A stretch of 63,959 bases of DNA, filler included, from a bacterium (GTDB taxonomy: Bacteria > JALSQH01): assembly GCA_027004335.1 (NCBI GenBank). It is 11 parts of 11 records of this genome, joined end to end, with 100 filler letters (N's around TTAATTAATTAA, not from the genome) between each part and the next. Parts side by side here need not be neighbours in the genome. Positions count along the whole stretch, not along the records: positions 58,358 to 61,653 come from JALTID010000133.1; positions 61,754 to 63,959 come from JALTID010000227.1; 9 more parts are not named here. The stretch is one strand, 5' to 3'. The position numbers were made by a program, and so were the translations under genes. Every line of letters begins with the position of its first letter. The first letter of the stretch is position 1. This document shows positions 60,067 to 63,959 of the stretch, piece after piece. The notes beneath the pieces were generated by a model. That model had not been told where the DNA came from and ran no database searches. It saw only the letters and a program-made list of their open reading frames with translations.

Positions 60067-60933
60067 CTACTTCTGGCTCCGCCTGCTCTTTTCCTGTCGG
60101 TACATTAGCAGATATTCATCTTTTGTGATTATTCCCTTTCTTATAAGTAATTTTGCAAGGGCATTAAGCTTGTAATTTATGTCCTGAAGAGCAGCATAAA
60201 GTTTTGTCACATCAGGTGATACAGTCGGAGCAGTCTTAGTTGCATCGGAACCCATCCCTTCTGGTATATGTTCCTCGGCATGTGCTTCACTCCCTGCATC
60301 AATTTCATCTATGTTCATAACCTTTTCCTCATCATCGGTAAAAATAAATATAGTTGATTTATCCGGTGCTTCGCCTTTTTCAGCCACGGGTTCCACCTTT
60401 CCCCCTTCTTTATGAGTTTTCCTTACAAGTAGAGAAAAATTCAATTTAGTCGTAGATACTGCATCAGGATCAGGCCTGAATGTCCCTCTTCCAGCATAGT
60501 AGAATTCAATAGCTTCAGCTATTATATTGTCAGGAGCAAGAACGGGCCTTACAGGCATACCCAGTGCAAATTGTAACTCATCTATTACCACAACATTGGT
60601 GGGATCTGACATAGCAAGGTACAAATTTTTTCTCCCTATTTCCTCTTTTACCACAAGCGGCAGTATATTATACTTCCTCGCAACATCTTCAGAGACTATT
60701 TTAATTACCGAAGGTGGAACTGCTATTTTCCTAAGATTTGCATAAGGGAGATGAAAATGATGACTTAAGAAGCTCATCAACTCTTCTTCTGTGAGAAATC
60801 CCAGTTTAACGAGAATCTCACCTAATTTCCCACCCCATTGTTTTTGATGAGCAAGGGCAGACTGTAACTGGTAAACATCAATTAATCCATTTTCTACAAG
60901 CACCTCTCCAAGTCTTTTCTTTTTCTTTTCCAT
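60067..60933 (-). CDS. Standalone MshEN / T2SSE_N domain protein, no ATPase
   Basis: RLGEVLVENGLI....L..AL..Q and KLGEILVKLGFL; LAMSDP; no Walker A. Confidence 0.88.
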   Translation of the reverse strand: MEKKKKRLGEVLVENGLIDVYQLQSALAHQKQWGGKLGEILVKLGFLTEEELMSFLSHHFHLPYANLRKIAVPPSVIKIVSEDVARKYNILPLVVKEEIGRKNLYLAMSDPTNVVVIDELQFALGMPVRPVLAPDNIIAEAIEFYYAGRGTFRPDPDAVSTTKLNFSLLVRKTHKEGGKVEPVAEKGEAPDKSTIFIFTDDEEKVMNIDEIDAGSEAHAEEHIPEGMGSDATKTAPTVSPDVTKLYAALQDINYKLNALAKLLIRKGIITKDEYLLMYRQEKSRRSQK

Positions 60934-60948
60934 AAATACCCCCTCTTT

Positions 60949-61653
60949 CTATTGCTCCCCTAACCCTTCTCTTATGCGAGGATCTACAAGCGCATAAGAA
61001 ACATCAGCAAGCAAGTTACCAAGGAGTGTTAAAAAGGAACTGATCACAAGAATACCCATTACAGTAGTATAATCTCTCATGTATACACTGTTAAAAAACA
61101 ATCTCCCCATCCCCGGTATCGCGAAAATTGTTTCTATAATTACACTACCTCCAATAAGCCCAGGAAGACTGAGCCCCAGAATAGTAATTACTGGCAACAG
61201 CGCATTTTTAAGTGCATGGAGTAATATAACTCTTCTCTCCGTGGCCCCTTTTGACCTTGCCGTTGTTATATAATCCTGCCTCAAAACCTCCAACATACTT
61301 GCTCTAACATAACGGGAGAGATAAGCAAGGGAACCCACTGAAAGAGAAATTACTGGCAGCACTAAATGTTCACCAACATCAATAATCTTACCCCACAGGG
61401 ATAGAGAAGAAAAACTCAGAGAAGTAATCCCGGAAATTGGTAATACCCCAAGATAAATACCAAAAAAAATCATGAGCAGAAGGGCGAGCCAGAAACTCGG
61501 GGTGGCAAACCCAATAAACACTGCTACGGTAATGCTTCTGTCAGTCAAAGAATTTCTCTTATAGGCGGAGTATATTCCTATAGGGAGAGCGAGAAGAAGC
61601 ACAACTAACATAACAACTGTGTTAAGCAGGATTGTTATAGGGAGTCTTTTACC
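60949..61653 (-). CDS. Peptide ABC transporter permease OppB/DppB, 5' truncated
   Basis: P.FWLAL, R.SMLEVL.QDYI.TARSKG, HALKNA, ETIF..PGMG. Confidence 0.95.
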   Translation of the reverse strand, partial: GKRLPITILLNTVVMLVVLLLALPIGIYSAYKRNSLTDRSITVAVFIGFATPSFWLALLLMIFFGIYLGVLPISGITSLSFSSLSLWGKIIDVGEHLVLPVISLSVGSLAYLSRYVRASMLEVLRQDYITTARSKGATERRVILLHALKNALLPVITILGLSLPGLIGGSVIIETIFAIPGMGRLFFNSVYMRDYTTVMGILVISSFLTLLGNLLADVSYALVDPRIREGLGEQ

Positions 61654-61753
61654 NNNNNNNNNNNNNNNNNNNNNNNNNNNNNNNNNNNNNNNNNNNNTTA
61701 ATTAATTAANNNNNNNNNNNNNNNNNNNNNNNNNNNNNNNNNNNNNNNNNNNN
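61654..61753. other. Artificial contig linker
   Basis: N44-TTAATTAATTAA-N44. Confidence 0.99.
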
Positions 61754-61805
61754 TCAGCAAATACTTGCAAAATTCTTAAAAAACGGTATAAATAATAGGA
61801 AAAAT

Positions 61806-61882
61806 CACACACCTGCTGATCTCTGTGGTGGTGTTGCTAAATTGCAATTCCTCAGAGAAATGAGGCAGGTGGAGGAAAAACC
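61806..61882 (+). ncRNA. rpsB (S2) leader RNA, t44-like
   Basis: CACACAC start; ACCUGCU/GGCAGGU and UCUCUGUGG/CCUCAGAGA stems; GUGGAGG..AACC end; upstream of rpsB. Confidence 0.8.
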
Positions 61883-61896
61883 AAGGAGGTTTAAGA

Positions 61897-62763
61897 ATGT
61901 CAAGACTTTCCATGAAAGAAGTTCTGGAGGCGGGTACCCACTTCGGTCATCAGACCCGCAGATGGAATCCTAAAATGAAGCCCTATATTTTCACAACAAG
62001 AAATGGAATTCATATTATTGATCTTCAACAGACTGTGAAATTATTTGATGCGGCTTACGATTTTATTGTGAATGTTGTAGCTGATGGAGGGACGGTACTT
62101 TTTGTGGGTACAAAGAAGCAGGCTCAAGAAATAATAAAGGAGGAAGCAGAAAAAGCAGGTATGCCCTATGTTAACTTCCGCTGGCTTGGCGGCACACTTA
62201 CAAATTTCAGAACAATAAGAAAGAGTGTTGATAAATTAAAAAAAATTGAAGAGATGGAAAGCGAAGGGGTGATGGAGAGATTACCCAAAAAAGAAAAAAT
62301 GAGGCTCCTCAGAAGAAAGGAGAAGCTTGAAAGAGTTCTTAATGGGATTAGAGACATGGAGAAATTACCACAGGCCGTTTTTGTTGTTGATACAAAAAAT
62401 GAAGAAATAGCGGTGATGGAGGCAAAGAAACTGAGTATTCCAGTGGTTGGTATCGTTGATACCAATGCTGATCCTGATTTAATTGATTACATCATACCTG
62501 GTAATGATGATGCTATAAGATCAATAAAGCTCTTCACTTCAAAGATTAGAGAGGCTGTTGAAGAGGGGTTGAAACTAAGGGAGGAGAAATTGCAAAAGGC
62601 TGTTGAGGAATCAATTGAAGTTGCCCAGGCGCAAACGAAGGAAAGTGCAAAAGTAATAAAAGTGAGAAGAGCTGCTAATAAATCTGAGAGAGAAGGGGAA
62701 TCTGAAGAAAAAAGAGAAATTGCAGAAGGTGAAAAGGAAGATAGGACTGAGGCGGAAGAATAA
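61897..62763 (+). CDS. rpsB: 30S ribosomal protein S2
   Basis: [36 protein letters not shown]. Confidence 0.98.
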   Translation: MSRLSMKEVLEAGTHFGHQTRRWNPKMKPYIFTTRNGIHIIDLQQTVKLFDAAYDFIVNVVADGGTVLFVGTKKQAQEIIKEEAEKAGMPYVNFRWLGGTLTNFRTIRKSVDKLKKIEEMESEGVMERLPKKEKMRLLRRKEKLERVLNGIRDMEKLPQAVFVVDTKNEEIAVMEAKKLSIPVVGIVDTNADPDLIDYIIPGNDDAIRSIKLFTSKIREAVEEGLKLREEKLQKAVEESIEVAQAQTKESAKVIKVRRAANKSEREGESEEKREIAEGEKEDRTEAEE

Positions 62764-62792
62764 ATTATAATAGATGCAGATGGAGGTAGAAA

Positions 62793-63959
<1,167 letters not shown>

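Overview
The window is a pseudo-chromosome of 11 short contigs from a low-GC, deltaproteobacteria-like genome (taxonomy inferred from gene content such as yggT-divIVA-yggU and a standalone MshEN protein). Contigs are joined by artificial 100-nt linkers (44 N + TTAATTAATTAA + 44 N), so adjacency across linkers is meaningless. Most content is housekeeping: recG, acpS-nnr-tsaE-lysC, prfB-lysS-lolE, epmA, wza-wzc, rplS-rnhB, purC-purS-purQ, coaBC, oppBCD, rpsB-tsf-pyrH, plus several lipid-handling genes. I found no rRNA, tRNA, CRISPR array, transposase or integrase. Best leads: (1) an AAA/PD-(D/E)XK nuclease cassette bracketed by a 34-bp direct repeat that is itself a complete sigma70 promoter, with a cluster of alternating palindromic repeats downstream; (2) a bacterial homologue of mitochondrial Tam41; (3) an ATPase-less MshEN c-di-GMP-binding protein between oppB and oppC; (4) a membrane-anchored SMC-like ATPase between rplS and rnhB; (5) a degenerate DnaA AAA+-only paralogue. 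Translation oddities include the prfB frameshift in a UGAU context, probable ATA/CTG starts and several probably leaderless genes. All product calls come from motif recognition only; no searches were run.
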